The position numbers and the translations under genes are program-made. 34,142 nt of DNA from assembly GCA_947085205.1 (NCBI GenBank), contig CAMTVO010000006.1, positions 1-34,142 of the forward strand, read 5' to 3'. Origin of the DNA: an uncultured Nitrospiraceae bacterium. Lineage in GTDB: Bacteria; Nitrospirota; Thermodesulfovibrionia; Thermodesulfovibrionales; Dissulfurispiraceae. Under the pieces are notes generated by a model. That model saw only the letters and a list, made by a program, of their open reading frames with translations, was not told where the DNA came from and did not search any database. Positions 11,245-20,577 of this stretch are shown here, one piece after another (position 1 is the first letter of the stretch; each line of letters opens with the position of its first letter).

Positions 11245-11332
11245 CGTAAAGCGTCGAGCGTTATAGCGCATGAAAAATTATATCATACCAAACAATACGC
11301 TATAACCCTATAACGCTATAACTCACAACGCT
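11233..11332. terminator. Inverted 7/8-mer arrays between convergent genes; candidate bidirectional hairpin terminator
   Basis: (T)ATAGCGT-like x5, a loop, then ACGCTATA-like x3-4; overlaps the stop codons of the GNAT gene and fabF. Confidence 0.55.
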
Positions 11333-12581
11333 TTAATACAAGCACTGCATTTACTCCCCCGAATCCGAATGAATTTGATATAGCAACTCTGATATCCATC
11401 GTTTTCTTTTCTGTTACGATATTGATACTGCACTCGGGGGCTTTTTCGGTTAGATTTATAGTAGGCGGGATGATGCCTTCCCTGATGCTCAACGCAGTGC
11501 ATGCAACTTCAAAAGACCCGGATGCTGCAAGCATGTGGCCTGTCATGGATTTTATTGCACTCACCGGTATTTGTGATGTCTTGTCTTTAAAAACTTTTTT
11601 TATAGCCGATGTTTCGATTTTATCACCTATCTGCGTTGATGTTCCGTGGGCGTTGATATAATCCACAGCTTTTGCTGATATTCCCGCATCTTCAATGGCA
11701 TTCTTTATCGCTCTTATTTCACCTTCTACATCAGGTCTTGTAATGTGAAAGGCGTCTGTGGTATTGCCGTAGCCGATGATTTCAGAATAAATTTTTGCAT
11801 TTCTTCTCAATGCATGCTCGTATTCCTCAAGCACCAGAATGCATGCACCTTCGGCAATAACAAAGCCGTCTCTTTTTTTGTCAAATGGTCTGCTTGCGGA
11901 TGGATTATTTTTTTTTGATAATGCGCCAGAAACGCCGTATCCCTCGACACAGAGCCTGCATGTGGGCGCTTCCGTACCCCCTGCAAACATAAGATCAGAA
12001 TAGCCATGTTTTATAAGCCTGTATGCCTCTCCAACGGCATTTGTCCCTGATGCACAGGCATTGGAGATACCAAGACAATTTCCTTTAATTCCCAATTTCT
12101 GAGCGGCATAGGATGCAGCCATGCTGATTGTAGTTGAAGGCATGAGATAGGGCGAAATCCGTGAACCGTGAACCGTGAACCGTGAACCGTATAATTTTTG
12201 TAGTTCTTTTTCTATTGTAGTTATTCCTCCCCTGCTTGACCCGATTATAACGCCAGCGGAGTCCAGAGGTTCTTTTTCTGACTTCTGACTTCTGACTTCT
12301 GACCTCTGTTTTACCAGTCCCGCATCTTCGGCAGCCATCATTGCTGATGCAACTGCATAATGAATAAATGGGTCAAGTCTTAGGACCTCTTTTTTATACA
12401 GATATAATTCGGGGTTAAATCCTTTAACTTCTCCGGCAACCGTCCATTGCAAGCCCGATGCATCAAACCTTGTAATCCTGCCCATCCCTGAAATGCCCTT
12501 TTTTAAGAGCGACCATGAATCAGAGAAATTATTCGCCAGCGGCGTAACTGCACCTATGCCTGTGATTACTACTCTTTTCAT
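11316..12581 (-). CDS. fabF: Beta-ketoacyl-ACP synthase II
   Basis: MKRVVITGIG, NACASG (catalytic Cys), SRPFD..RDGFV..EG, NAHGTST, KSMTGH, SNSFGFGG.N. Confidence 0.92.
   Translation of the reverse strand: MKRVVITGIGAVTPLANNFSDSWSLLKKGISGMGRITRFDASGLQWTVAGEVKGFNPELYLYKKEVLRLDPFIHYAVASAMMAAEDAGLVKQRSEVRSQKSEKEPLDSAGVIIGSSRGGITTIEKELQKLYGSRFTVHGSRISPYLMPSTTISMAASYAAQKLGIKGNCLGISNACASGTNAVGEAYRLIKHGYSDLMFAGGTEAPTCRLCVEGYGVSGALSKKNNPSASRPFDKKRDGFVIAEGACILVLEEYEHALRRNAKIYSEIIGYGNTTDAFHITRPDVEGEIRAIKNAIEDAGISAKAVDYINAHGTSTQIGDKIETSAIKKVFKDKTSQIPVSAIKSMTGHMLAASGSFEVACTALSIREGIIPPTINLTEKAPECSINIVTEKKTMDIRVAISNSFGFGGVNAVLVLKRCEL
12159..12190. repeat. (CCGTGAA)4.5 tandem heptamer inside fabF
   Basis: Perfect repeat, translated as YGSRFTVHGSR. 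Confidence 0.9.
12276..12308. repeat. (TTCTGAC)4+ tandem heptamer inside fabF
   Basis: Near-perfect repeat, translated as QRSEVRSQKSE. Confidence 0.9.
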
Positions 12582-12614
12582 TATAAACTATATTACCACA
12601 ATTGGTTTACAAAA

Positions 12615-12773
12615 CAGAGGCACTTGCAAAAGTCACGATTTGTCACCCTGAATTTATTTCAGAGTCTCATAACTCATTGATATTCTTAGATGCTGAAACA
12701 ATACTGAAACAAGTTCAGCACATGGTTCAGCATGACAAACTGCAGTCGTTTTAGACTTTTGCAAGAGCCTCTG
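12615..12773. repeat. Nested palindromic element: 20-bp outer IR plus TGTCA...TGACA core
   Basis: CAGAGGCACTTGCAAAAGTC / GACTTTTGCAAGAGCCTCTG (19/20); core TTTGTCACCCTGAATTTATTTCAG...CTGAAACAAGTTCAGC...ATGACAAA. Confidence 0.8.
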
Positions 12774-12824
12774 CAGATACCTCTTTTATTTATTTCGAAA
12801 TTGTGGTAAATTTATATCATATAT

Positions 12825-13760
12825 ATGGCAAAGCCCATTAAAGAACAGAGAGAGAGACTGAGACTGGAACTGAATGAAATTGCCAAGATAACAAGGATAA
12901 AGTCAAGTTATCTCAAGGCGATAGAGGAAGAGGACTTTGCTAAACTCCCCGTTGAAGTATATACCAAAGGTTATATCCGTGTGTATGCCAAATTTTTAGG
13001 CGTATCCCCTGATGTGGCGATAGCCCCTTACGAAACATATCTTGATGAGATAAAAGGGGTTAAGGACAAGGAGGCAGGAAAGAGCCTCCTTCAGGAAAAA
13101 CCTTTAGAGAGTCATTTAACTAAAGAAGTCAGCGAAGTTCCTGCTCCTTCGTTGGAAAGGCGCGAGCCAGGCAAACCTATAGTAAAAGATTTCTCTAAGG
13201 CATTTTCCCAAAAAATAGCGTGGTGGGCTGTTTCTTTAGTTTTGATTGTTGCCGTGGCGTATTTCTTAATTCCGAAAGGAAAAGAGACCTCCACTATTCA
13301 GCAGAAGATAGAGCCGGAAGCGCAGTATAAAATACCGGAGATTACAGCTCCGCAGCCTATGCAGGATGTTTCTCAAGGTAAGGGAGTTCAGTCAACTGCT
13401 CCTGCTGTACCGACCATTCCACCAGTAGCGCAGGAAAGGGCCGAGGATAAAACCAAGCCGGTTCAGGGCGCCAAAAAAAAGCACAACCTCGATATAACCG
13501 CCACTGACAAGGCATGGATTCAGATAATTATAGACGGCGCTGACAAAAAAGAGATGCTCCTGAATGCCGGAGAAAAAGTGAATTATGAAGCAAGCCAATC
13601 CATTAATCTGTTGATAGGAAATGCAGCAGGGGTGAAGCTCAAGTTTAACGGCAAAGAATTCGGAAGCCTCGGAGACAAGGGACAGGTAGTTACATTGAGC
13701 TTTCCGGCTGCAGCGTCTACTCCACCCACGCCCCAGCCATCCAATTCCTCAAATCTTTAG
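12825..13760 (+). CDS. rodZ: RodZ-like protein (HTH, TM, C-terminal DUF4115-like)
   Basis: TRIKSSYLKAIEEEDF..LP..VY.KGYIR.YA.FLG; single TM; W.....DG and IGNAAGV motifs. Confidence 0.85.
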   Translation: MAKPIKEQRERLRLELNEIAKITRIKSSYLKAIEEEDFAKLPVEVYTKGYIRVYAKFLGVSPDVAIAPYETYLDEIKGVKDKEAGKSLLQEKPLESHLTKEVSEVPAPSLERREPGKPIVKDFSKAFSQKIAWWAVSLVLIVAVAYFLIPKGKETSTIQQKIEPEAQYKIPEITAPQPMQDVSQGKGVQSTAPAVPTIPPVAQERAEDKTKPVQGAKKKHNLDITATDKAWIQIIIDGADKKEMLLNAGEKVNYEASQSINLLIGNAAGVKLKFNGKEFGSLGDKGQVVTLSFPAAASTPPTPQPSNSSNL

Positions 13761-13829
13761 CTCAGATAATGCATTTATGGCAGGCATGCTTGATGTCCAA
13801 TCGCAACAACTGGGAGTAAATTTTAATTA

Positions 13830-15749
13830 ATGAAGATTGGCACTATCAGCGAATACATAAATAAAAAGACAGTCGTCATTTTCGCCGTTCAATTCTTATT
13901 AATCCTCACTATTCTGGGTTACAAGGCGTGGAAGGATACGAGCGTGGAATGTATCAGGTGCCATTCCGACAAAGAAAAGATGGCGAAATTAGGCTATCCG
14001 CAATTTTATTTAACTAATGAAATGGTCGAAAAAGAGAGCAAACATCCCAACGTAAAGTGCCATGAATGCCATTTAGGCGATGGAAGGGCAAAAAAACCTG
14101 ATGAGGCACACAAAGGAATGCTCGCCGTTCTTTTAATTGATTATGATGGCAATGTTTTAACGAGGAAAAAGATAGCCCCTGACGCATTGCTGCCAACAGG
14201 CGATGATAAGATACGAGAGATGCTGCCGCATATAAAAGAAGATGGTAAATTAATACCACATCCTGAAATTAGAAATGTCCTATGGCATGACAGAAATCCA
14301 GAGACATTTAGTTTTGATCCAAACATTGCAAAAAAAACCTGCGGCAAATCAGGGTGCCATCCGGATGAGCTTAAGCAATTCAATACAACTATCATGGCAA
14401 CAAATTTCAGGCAGAGAACAATGAAGACATGGCTTGAGCCGTACGGCCCACACAACTGTGGCCCGTCTTTTGCTGACCTGCCGCCAATGGAGGTGTTAAA
14501 GAGTACAGGGTTCGCATTTAAAAATACAGAAGATATAGCAAAAGAGCTTAACGTGCCTTTTTCAAAAGAGCAAGCAATAGCAAAACAGCAGTTTTGCAAT
14601 GTCTGTCATACAGGATGTCTCGACTGCCATTACGAGCCTAACAGGAAAAAGGGTGTTCACAATTTCGTAAATAAACCCACATCGGAGAGTTGCGGAGGAT
14701 ATGGCAGGGGCACGAGCATCTGTCATCCCGGTGCAATGCAAAGCAGGCGGGGTGAGACATATATAGGTGGAGATTACTCCATACCCACAGGCATGTCGCC
14801 GGATGTTCATTACAAGAAGAATATCCACTGTGTTGACTGCCATACGACCGGCGAAAAGGGAATGGGCGACATGCAGAGAATGGCCAATTGCCAGGACTGC
14901 CATATCGAGATAGAGGAGGCGCATTCAAAGAGCATTCATAAGAATATGGATTGCGCAACATGCCATATCAGCGAGTTGAGGGGCTACCAGATTACCACAT
15001 GGGGACCTGGAATAGTTGCAGGAAAAGAAAACCCGTTTAAGAAATATTCCCTTTACTACGGCATTCAGAGCCCGCCTATACTGATTAAAGACCAGAAAGG
15101 CAAATGGATGCCTGCGAAGATATGGCCTCACAGCGTAGGCAATATTAAAACTGATGTCAGGCCTTCGGAGGGGCTTATGTTCAGATGGCCGGATGGAAAG
15201 ACGAGAGATGCATATTATGTTGTCGGCACTTTTAATGCACCTGCCAACAACAAACACCTCTTGTGGCTTGAGATACAACAGGCCGCACACCCATACGGCA
15301 AGGCAAGGAATTGCGAAAGCTGCCACAAGGGAGATAAACAGATTAGCGTTTCGAGATGGGAGTTTCAAGATGATCAGGGCGCAGAAGAACCATTTAAAGG
15401 AGGTTATAAAATCACAGCGGATAAAAAAAGTCTGAGGATTACGGATATGAGAAATACGACTCCGATTAGGGTTTTGCAGGGCTATAAACTTGAGGACTTT
15501 GCATCATGGATACACTTTAAGGATAAATGGCAGATGCCCGGCGATTTTTCCATCAAGACGGAAAAAGCAAAGTACGATAAGTATTTGGCGATTTCTAAAA
15601 GTATTGACAGGGAAATCAAAATACTTGATAGTTTAGTTAAAAGGAAAGACAGGAAGACTCAGAAAAGATTCAAAAAACTTAAGGGCATCATCCTGCACAA
15701 TCAGGACGGTGCGCTGGAGAGAATTCAGGAGTTTAGAGATAAGTTATGA
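13830..15749 (+). CDS. Membrane-anchored multiheme c-type cytochrome
   Basis: N-terminal TM; 8 CxxCH motifs (CIRCH, CHECH, CNVCH, CLDCH, CVDCH, CQDCH, CATCH, CESCH) plus atypical CX4CH and CX9CH. Confidence 0.88.
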   Translation: MKIGTISEYINKKTVVIFAVQFLLILTILGYKAWKDTSVECIRCHSDKEKMAKLGYPQFYLTNEMVEKESKHPNVKCHECHLGDGRAKKPDEAHKGMLAVLLIDYDGNVLTRKKIAPDALLPTGDDKIREMLPHIKEDGKLIPHPEIRNVLWHDRNPETFSFDPNIAKKTCGKSGCHPDELKQFNTTIMATNFRQRTMKTWLEPYGPHNCGPSFADLPPMEVLKSTGFAFKNTEDIAKELNVPFSKEQAIAKQQFCNVCHTGCLDCHYEPNRKKGVHNFVNKPTSESCGGYGRGTSICHPGAMQSRRGETYIGGDYSIPTGMSPDVHYKKNIHCVDCHTTGEKGMGDMQRMANCQDCHIEIEEAHSKSIHKNMDCATCHISELRGYQITTWGPGIVAGKENPFKKYSLYYGIQSPPILIKDQKGKWMPAKIWPHSVGNIKTDVRPSEGLMFRWPDGKTRDAYYVVGTFNAPANNKHLLWLEIQQAAHPYGKARNCESCHKGDKQISVSRWEFQDDQGAEEPFKGGYKITADKKSLRITDMRNTTPIRVLQGYKLEDFASWIHFKDKWQMPGDFSIKTEKAKYDKYLAISKSIDREIKILDSLVKRKDRKTQKRFKKLKGIILHNQDGALERIQEFRDKL

Positions 15750-17869
15750 TTACAAAAGATTCCCTTCTATCATTTTTTAAAGAAAAGGTCACCAATCCCA
15801 TCGGCTTTCGAGATATTGTTTTTAAGCTTAATCTTACCCCTCCGGAGAGGCGCAAACTGAAGAGGTTCCTCAGAGAGATGATCAATGACGGAGATATTGT
15901 TAGGACGAGAAAGGGGCTTTACGGTCCTGCGGAGGGGATGAACCTTGTTACAGGCTGTTTTGAGGCGCACAGGGACGGCTATGGATTTGTGATACTCGAA
16001 AAGCCCGGTGAAAGGGACATCTTTATCCCTGCAAGGGCAACCCTCGGCGCAATGGGCAACGACAAGGTTGTGGCGAGAATGGAGAACAGTCGCCGCAGGG
16101 AAGGCAGGATTATAAGGATTCTTGAGAGGTCGCATGCCAGCGTGATCGGAACCTTTGAAACCGGCAGGGCAGGATTTTATGTCAAGCCGAAAAACAGGTC
16201 TATACCATTTGACCTCTACATAGCTCCAAAAGAAAGAGGCAGAGCAAAGGACGGAGACAGTGTCGTTGCCGAGATAGTGAGCTATCCGACAGATAAGAGG
16301 CCTCCTGAGGGCAGGATAATCAAGATTTTGGAAAAACCTGAAACTCCGGCAGCAGAAGTGGAAGGCATTATAGATGAATTTAATCTCCACGGAAGGTTTT
16401 CCCACAATATTCATGAAGAGGCAAAAAGACTCTATTCACAAATCTCCCCCATCCACCCTTTACTAAAGGGTGGCGAGGGGGGATTACATAAGAGAAAGGA
16501 TTTAAGAAATCTTCCTGCGGTAACCATCGACGGCGAAAGGGCAAAGGACTTCGACGATGCTATATCCATTAAAAGAATAGACGAAGGATACAGATTGTGG
16601 GTGCATATTGCAGATGTCGGTTTTTATGTAACATGGGACTCACTGCTCGATACGGAAGCGAGAAAAAGAGGTACGAGCGTTTACTTCCCTAACAGAGTCA
16701 TTCCTATGCTTCCAAAGGAGCTTTCGGAAGACCTGTGCAGTTTAAAGCCGAAGGTGGACAGGCTTGCCTTTACGGTAGAGATGGATTTTGATGAGATAGG
16801 GGAGAGAGTAAATGCAAAATTCTATCCGAGCATAATCAACAGTAATGAGAGGATGACATATACATCTGTAAAGAAGATACTGGTTGATGAAAATAAAATG
16901 GAAAGAGAAAGATATGATTATCTGCTGCAAGTTTTTGAGTTAATGGGCGAGTTGTGCAATATTATAAAATCACGTCGGCTCGAGAGGGGAAGCCTCGACT
17001 TCGACCTGCCTGAGCCTGAAGTGCTTTTGGATATTCAGGGGAATCCGGAAGATATCATAGGGGCAGAGAGAAACTTTGCGCACATGATAATAGAGGAATT
17101 CATGATTTCTGCCAATGAAGCGGTTGCAGAATATCTCGAGGACCTTGAAGTGCCGAGTCTCTACAGGATACACGAAGAGCCAGACCCCATGAAGCTTGAG
17201 GATATAATGAAAATTATAAGTTCCCTTAAGATGTTGAAAAAGACAAAGGCTATTGTCCCAAAGGACTTCTCCGACCTGCTCAAACAAATTCAAGGCACGC
17301 CTGAAGAAGAGATAATAAACCACATGATACTGAGAAGCCTGAAGCAGGCGAGATATTCACCTGTCAATGTCGGGCATTTCGGACTTGCATCGGAGTCTTA
17401 TACACATTTCACCTCGCCCATAAGAAGGTATCCCGACCTCGTTGTTCACAGGATATTGAGGGAAGTCTTAACAAAAAAGCATTTGAACGACAAGAGGATC
17501 AAGGAACTGGAATCCATTCTTCCTGATATAGCATTTCATTCATCGAGAATGGAGAGACATGCCGACGAGGCAGAAAGGGCAGTTCTGAATGCCATGCGGG
17601 TCTGGTTTATGAAGGACAGGGTTGGAGATGAATTTGAAGGAAAGGTTGTATCTGTTACACCTTATGGATTGAAGGTAAGGTTAAAGGATTACCATATTGA
17701 AGGTTTTCTACATGTATCTTTTATGACCGATGACTTTTACCGGTATGATGAAAAAAACTTAAGTCTCTGTGGAATTCACAAGAAGAAGATATTTACAATA
17801 GGCAGTGAGTTACATGTCAGAATCGACAGGGTTGACATGGAGGATAGGGAGATAGTTTTTGGATTATGA
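15746..17869 (+). CDS. rnr: Ribonuclease R
   Basis: HRDGYGFV, TIDGERAKDFDDA, VHIADV, RGTSVYFP, YTHFTSPIRRYPDL, C-terminal S1 domain. Confidence 0.95.
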   Translation: MITKDSLLSFFKEKVTNPIGFRDIVFKLNLTPPERRKLKRFLREMINDGDIVRTRKGLYGPAEGMNLVTGCFEAHRDGYGFVILEKPGERDIFIPARATLGAMGNDKVVARMENSRRREGRIIRILERSHASVIGTFETGRAGFYVKPKNRSIPFDLYIAPKERGRAKDGDSVVAEIVSYPTDKRPPEGRIIKILEKPETPAAEVEGIIDEFNLHGRFSHNIHEEAKRLYSQISPIHPLLKGGEGGLHKRKDLRNLPAVTIDGERAKDFDDAISIKRIDEGYRLWVHIADVGFYVTWDSLLDTEARKRGTSVYFPNRVIPMLPKELSEDLCSLKPKVDRLAFTVEMDFDEIGERVNAKFYPSIINSNERMTYTSVKKILVDENKMERERYDYLLQVFELMGELCNIIKSRRLERGSLDFDLPEPEVLLDIQGNPEDIIGAERNFAHMIIEEFMISANEAVAEYLEDLEVPSLYRIHEEPDPMKLEDIMKIISSLKMLKKTKAIVPKDFSDLLKQIQGTPEEEIINHMILRSLKQARYSPVNVGHFGLASESYTHFTSPIRRYPDLVVHRILREVLTKKHLNDKRIKELESILPDIAFHSSRMERHADEAERAVLNAMRVWFMKDRVGDEFEGKVVSVTPYGLKVRLKDYHIEGFLHVSFMTDDFYRYDEKNLSLCGIHKKKIFTIGSELHVRIDRVDMEDREIVFGL
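16441..16485. repeat. C-run/G-run palindrome inside rnr
   Basis: AATCTCCCCCATCCACCCTTTACTAAAGGGTGGCGAGGGGGGATT, translated as ISPIHPLLKGGEGGL. Confidence 0.85.
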
Positions 17870-18867
17870 AAAATAGAAGGAGTTTTCTGGAAGTATCATA
17901 TCTGTTTGTCGTCCTGTGTTTTTCCTTGTCTGCTTCCGTCTTTGAAGTTAAAGCGTCCGACTTTGTATTGAAACAGAAAAAGGCTGTCGTAACCATTTAT
18001 GTCAATGACAAAAATGGAAATGAGATAGTTTCCGGCAGCGGTTTTATTGTCGACAGGAATGGAATCATAGCTGCTAATTGCAAATTAATCTCCAGATGGC
18101 TTGAAGATGTCGAATATACGCTTATGGTAAAGACAGAAGGAGAAACTTTTTATCCTATAAATAAGCTTATCGCATACAGCCGCAGACATGACATAGCATT
18201 ATTCGAGATAAATGCAGAAAGCCTTCCTGTGGCCGGACTTCCGGCAGATTTTAAGGCTGCAGATTACATAAAAAGACATCTTTTGATTTATAAAAGAACT
18301 GTAAAGACTGCACTTCCCAAGCCTCCTGCCGAGCGTCCTAAAGGTGCTGCTGAGTCTCGGTCTAAAAAAACTTTACTCGAAATCGCGAGGCTTCCTGAAA
18401 GTCCTGTCGAGATTAAGAAGCCAGACGTAGCTGAAGATCATTTTATGCGCGGCCTGAAATATGAGAGTGAAAGAAAGTATAAGGATGCCATTGAAGCATA
18501 CAAACAGGCTGTAAAGATAAAGCCCCATTATGTAGATGCTTATCTTAATCTCGGGCAGGTGCATTATAAACTCGGTAAATACCCGGAAGCCGTTGATGTT
18601 TATAAGCAGGCTTTAAAAATGAGGCCTGACATGCAGACTTACAATAAACTCGGTACTTTATACATTGTCAGCGGTAAATATTCTGAGGCTATTGATATAT
18701 TCGAACAGGCTATCGGCATTGATTCGAGAAATCCCGAGACCCATTTCAATCTCGGTATCGCTTATTTCCTGAGTGGAGACAAGGATGCTGCTTATGAGGA
18801 ATACATAATCTTAAACAGGCTTGATGAAAGGCGTGCCGAAGATTTGTTCGATTTGCTTTATAGATAA
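17866..18867 (+). CDS. Exported TPR protein with a truncated trypsin-like N-terminal domain
   Basis: Signal peptide; AVVTI...SGSGFIVD..GII...DIALF; Pro/Lys-rich linker; about 4 TPRs (DAYLNLG, YNKLG, HFNLG). Confidence 0.75.
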   Translation: MKNRRSFLEVSYLFVVLCFSLSASVFEVKASDFVLKQKKAVVTIYVNDKNGNEIVSGSGFIVDRNGIIAANCKLISRWLEDVEYTLMVKTEGETFYPINKLIAYSRRHDIALFEINAESLPVAGLPADFKAADYIKRHLLIYKRTVKTALPKPPAERPKGAAESRSKKTLLEIARLPESPVEIKKPDVAEDHFMRGLKYESERKYKDAIEAYKQAVKIKPHYVDAYLNLGQVHYKLGKYPEAVDVYKQALKMRPDMQTYNKLGTLYIVSGKYSEAIDIFEQAIGIDSRNPETHFNLGIAYFLSGDKDAAYEEYIILNRLDERRAEDLFDLLYR

Positions 18868-18872
18868 TTATT

Positions 18873-19382
18873 TTAAGGCTTGATCTCTATTGGTGTGCCG
18901 TCTGATACAAGGTGCCAGATTTCATCTATCTCTTCGTTGGTGACGGCAATGCATCCGTCTGTCCAATCCATGCGCCTGTGGAATTTGTCGAGGTCTTCTA
19001 AATCCTTCGGCAGGCCGTGAATTGCTATGTTGTTGCCGGGAGACACGCCGAGCCTTCTTGCATTTTGCATGTCTGATTCATTTGGGTATGAGATGTTGAT
19101 TGACTTATAGTACTTACTGCTATTATTTCGTGAAGTTATGACATAAGTCCCTTCAGGGGTCTTCTGGTCTCCTGCCTGTGTTTTGCGACCATTGGGATTT
19201 TTCCCGAGGGCAATCCTGTAAGTTTTTATGATTTCTCCGTCTTTTAGCAGCATCAAGACTCTTTTGCTCTTGATAACTATTGCTTTGTCGGCTTTATTCA
19301 ATGTAGCAGATGCGATTGAGGAAAAGAGCAAACAGCTTAATATCGATATGGCGGTTAAGGATAATATTCTTTTTACCATCAT
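18873..19382 (-). CDS. L,D-transpeptidase (YkuD family)
   Basis: GDQKTPEG.Y, ISYPN..D, IAIHG...WTDGCIAV.N. Confidence 0.9.
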   Translation of the reverse strand: MMVKRILSLTAISILSCLLFSSIASATLNKADKAIVIKSKRVLMLLKDGEIIKTYRIALGKNPNGRKTQAGDQKTPEGTYVITSRNNSSKYYKSINISYPNESDMQNARRLGVSPGNNIAIHGLPKDLEDLDKFHRRMDWTDGCIAVTNEEIDEIWHLVSDGTPIEIKP

Positions 19383-19423
19383 TACCTATATTTTCGGGAA
19401 GTTGAAAAATTTATTTATTATAT

Positions 19424-19591
19424 AAATTGAGCGATTCTAATACTTTGTCATTCCCCGACTTGATCGGAGAATCCAGTCCTTTTTGTTTTTTTCTGGATTC
19501 TCTGGTCAAGCTAGAGAATGACACTTATTGGGTGATTACATTTTCTTTAAAATGCCTTGGTTAATATGGGTTTAAATAAATCGCTCAATTT
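19424..19591. repeat. Nested palindromic element: 13-bp outer IR plus TGTCA...TGACA core
   Basis: AAATTGAGCGATT / AATCGCTCAATTT; core TGTCATTCCCCGACTTGATCGGAGAATCCAG...CTGGATTCTCTGGTCAAGCTAGAGAATGACA (19446-19523). Confidence 0.8.
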
Positions 19592-19620
19592 AGATATTAT
19601 ATAATAAAGCGAGAGGAAAT

Positions 19621-20478
19621 ATGCCAGCGCAAACAATTACCCAGATAACAGAGGACACATTTGAACAGGTTTTACATTTTTTCAATGGAACGTCAGCAAT
19701 TGACCTTCGAGAAGCAGCTTTTATAGATCCTTATGGAATGGTCGGCATTCTTGAGCTTGGGGAACTTCTAAAATCAAATGGCATTCAAAAGACTATTTGC
19801 CTTCCTGCATCAGAAGAAGTCCTTAAATACTTTGAGAGGATGGATTTCTTCAAGTTTGCTGATAATTACTTTGCCCTTGAACCTTCTAAACCACAAATAT
19901 CAGGAAAATATCTAAGAAGTGCTTACTCTGATGTCTTACTTGAAATCACGCCAATAGAAAAATCAGACGACATCCATTTTATTGTGGGCAAGGTTAAAGA
20001 ACGTGCAAATGCAATCCTTAAAAAACATCTCCATTATGATGAGAGAGCAATAAACGGCTTTATAGTAGCTTTATCAGAGGTTTGCCAGAACATTGTTGAG
20101 CATAGCGACAACAAAGGATTTGTCGGCATTCAGAAATACCATTTTCAGAATTTGAACAAGAACATTGTCAAGATTGCAGTTATGGATATTGGAATAGGAT
20201 TTAAAAAATCTTTGTCAGAGCGATTTTCATTAAAGCATGATTTTGAGGCAATAGAAAAGACGCTGCTTCATGGCGCTTCAAGATATGCCGATGAGGGAAG
20301 GGGGCACGGCCTCGCCGCCGTCAGGCGTTTTGTCAATCAATGGAACGGCAAAATATCAATCCGCTCAGGCAAGGCAAAGCTCTCAATTATCCCCGATTGG
20401 GCAAGAGGCAAAGAAAAAGAAACCAACCTCACCCCCTTCCCAGGTAGCCAAATAAACATCCTCCTGCCGGAAGTTTAG
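19621..20478 (+). CDS. STAS-like plus HATPase_c (anti-sigma-kinase-like) ATP-binding protein
   Basis: IDLREAAFIDPYG (STAS-like); N box SEVCQNIVEHS, G1 DIGIG, G2 GRGHGL, G3 FPGSQI; SD GAGG. Confidence 0.78.
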   Translation: MPAQTITQITEDTFEQVLHFFNGTSAIDLREAAFIDPYGMVGILELGELLKSNGIQKTICLPASEEVLKYFERMDFFKFADNYFALEPSKPQISGKYLRSAYSDVLLEITPIEKSDDIHFIVGKVKERANAILKKHLHYDERAINGFIVALSEVCQNIVEHSDNKGFVGIQKYHFQNLNKNIVKIAVMDIGIGFKKSLSERFSLKHDFEAIEKTLLHGASRYADEGRGHGLAAVRRFVNQWNGKISIRSGKAKLSIIPDWARGKEKETNLTPFPGSQINILLPEV

Positions 20479-20577
20479 CCCCCCACTTTTTTGCTTGACA
20501 AATGTCTTAAAATATGATTCAATTGATTCAGTTGAAGGAAGAGCCGTTTAACAGGGTGAGGAAGGAGAGGTAGACGC

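Noticed and set aside
12847..12878. AG-rich and GACTG repeats at the rodZ start
   Set aside because: Explained by Arg/Glu/Leu codons of the normal HTH N-terminus.
20495..20523. Sigma70 promoter for the AlbA fragment (TTGACA at 20495)
   Set aside because: The best -10 candidates are at 7 or 12 nt spacing; none is convincing at 16-18 nt.
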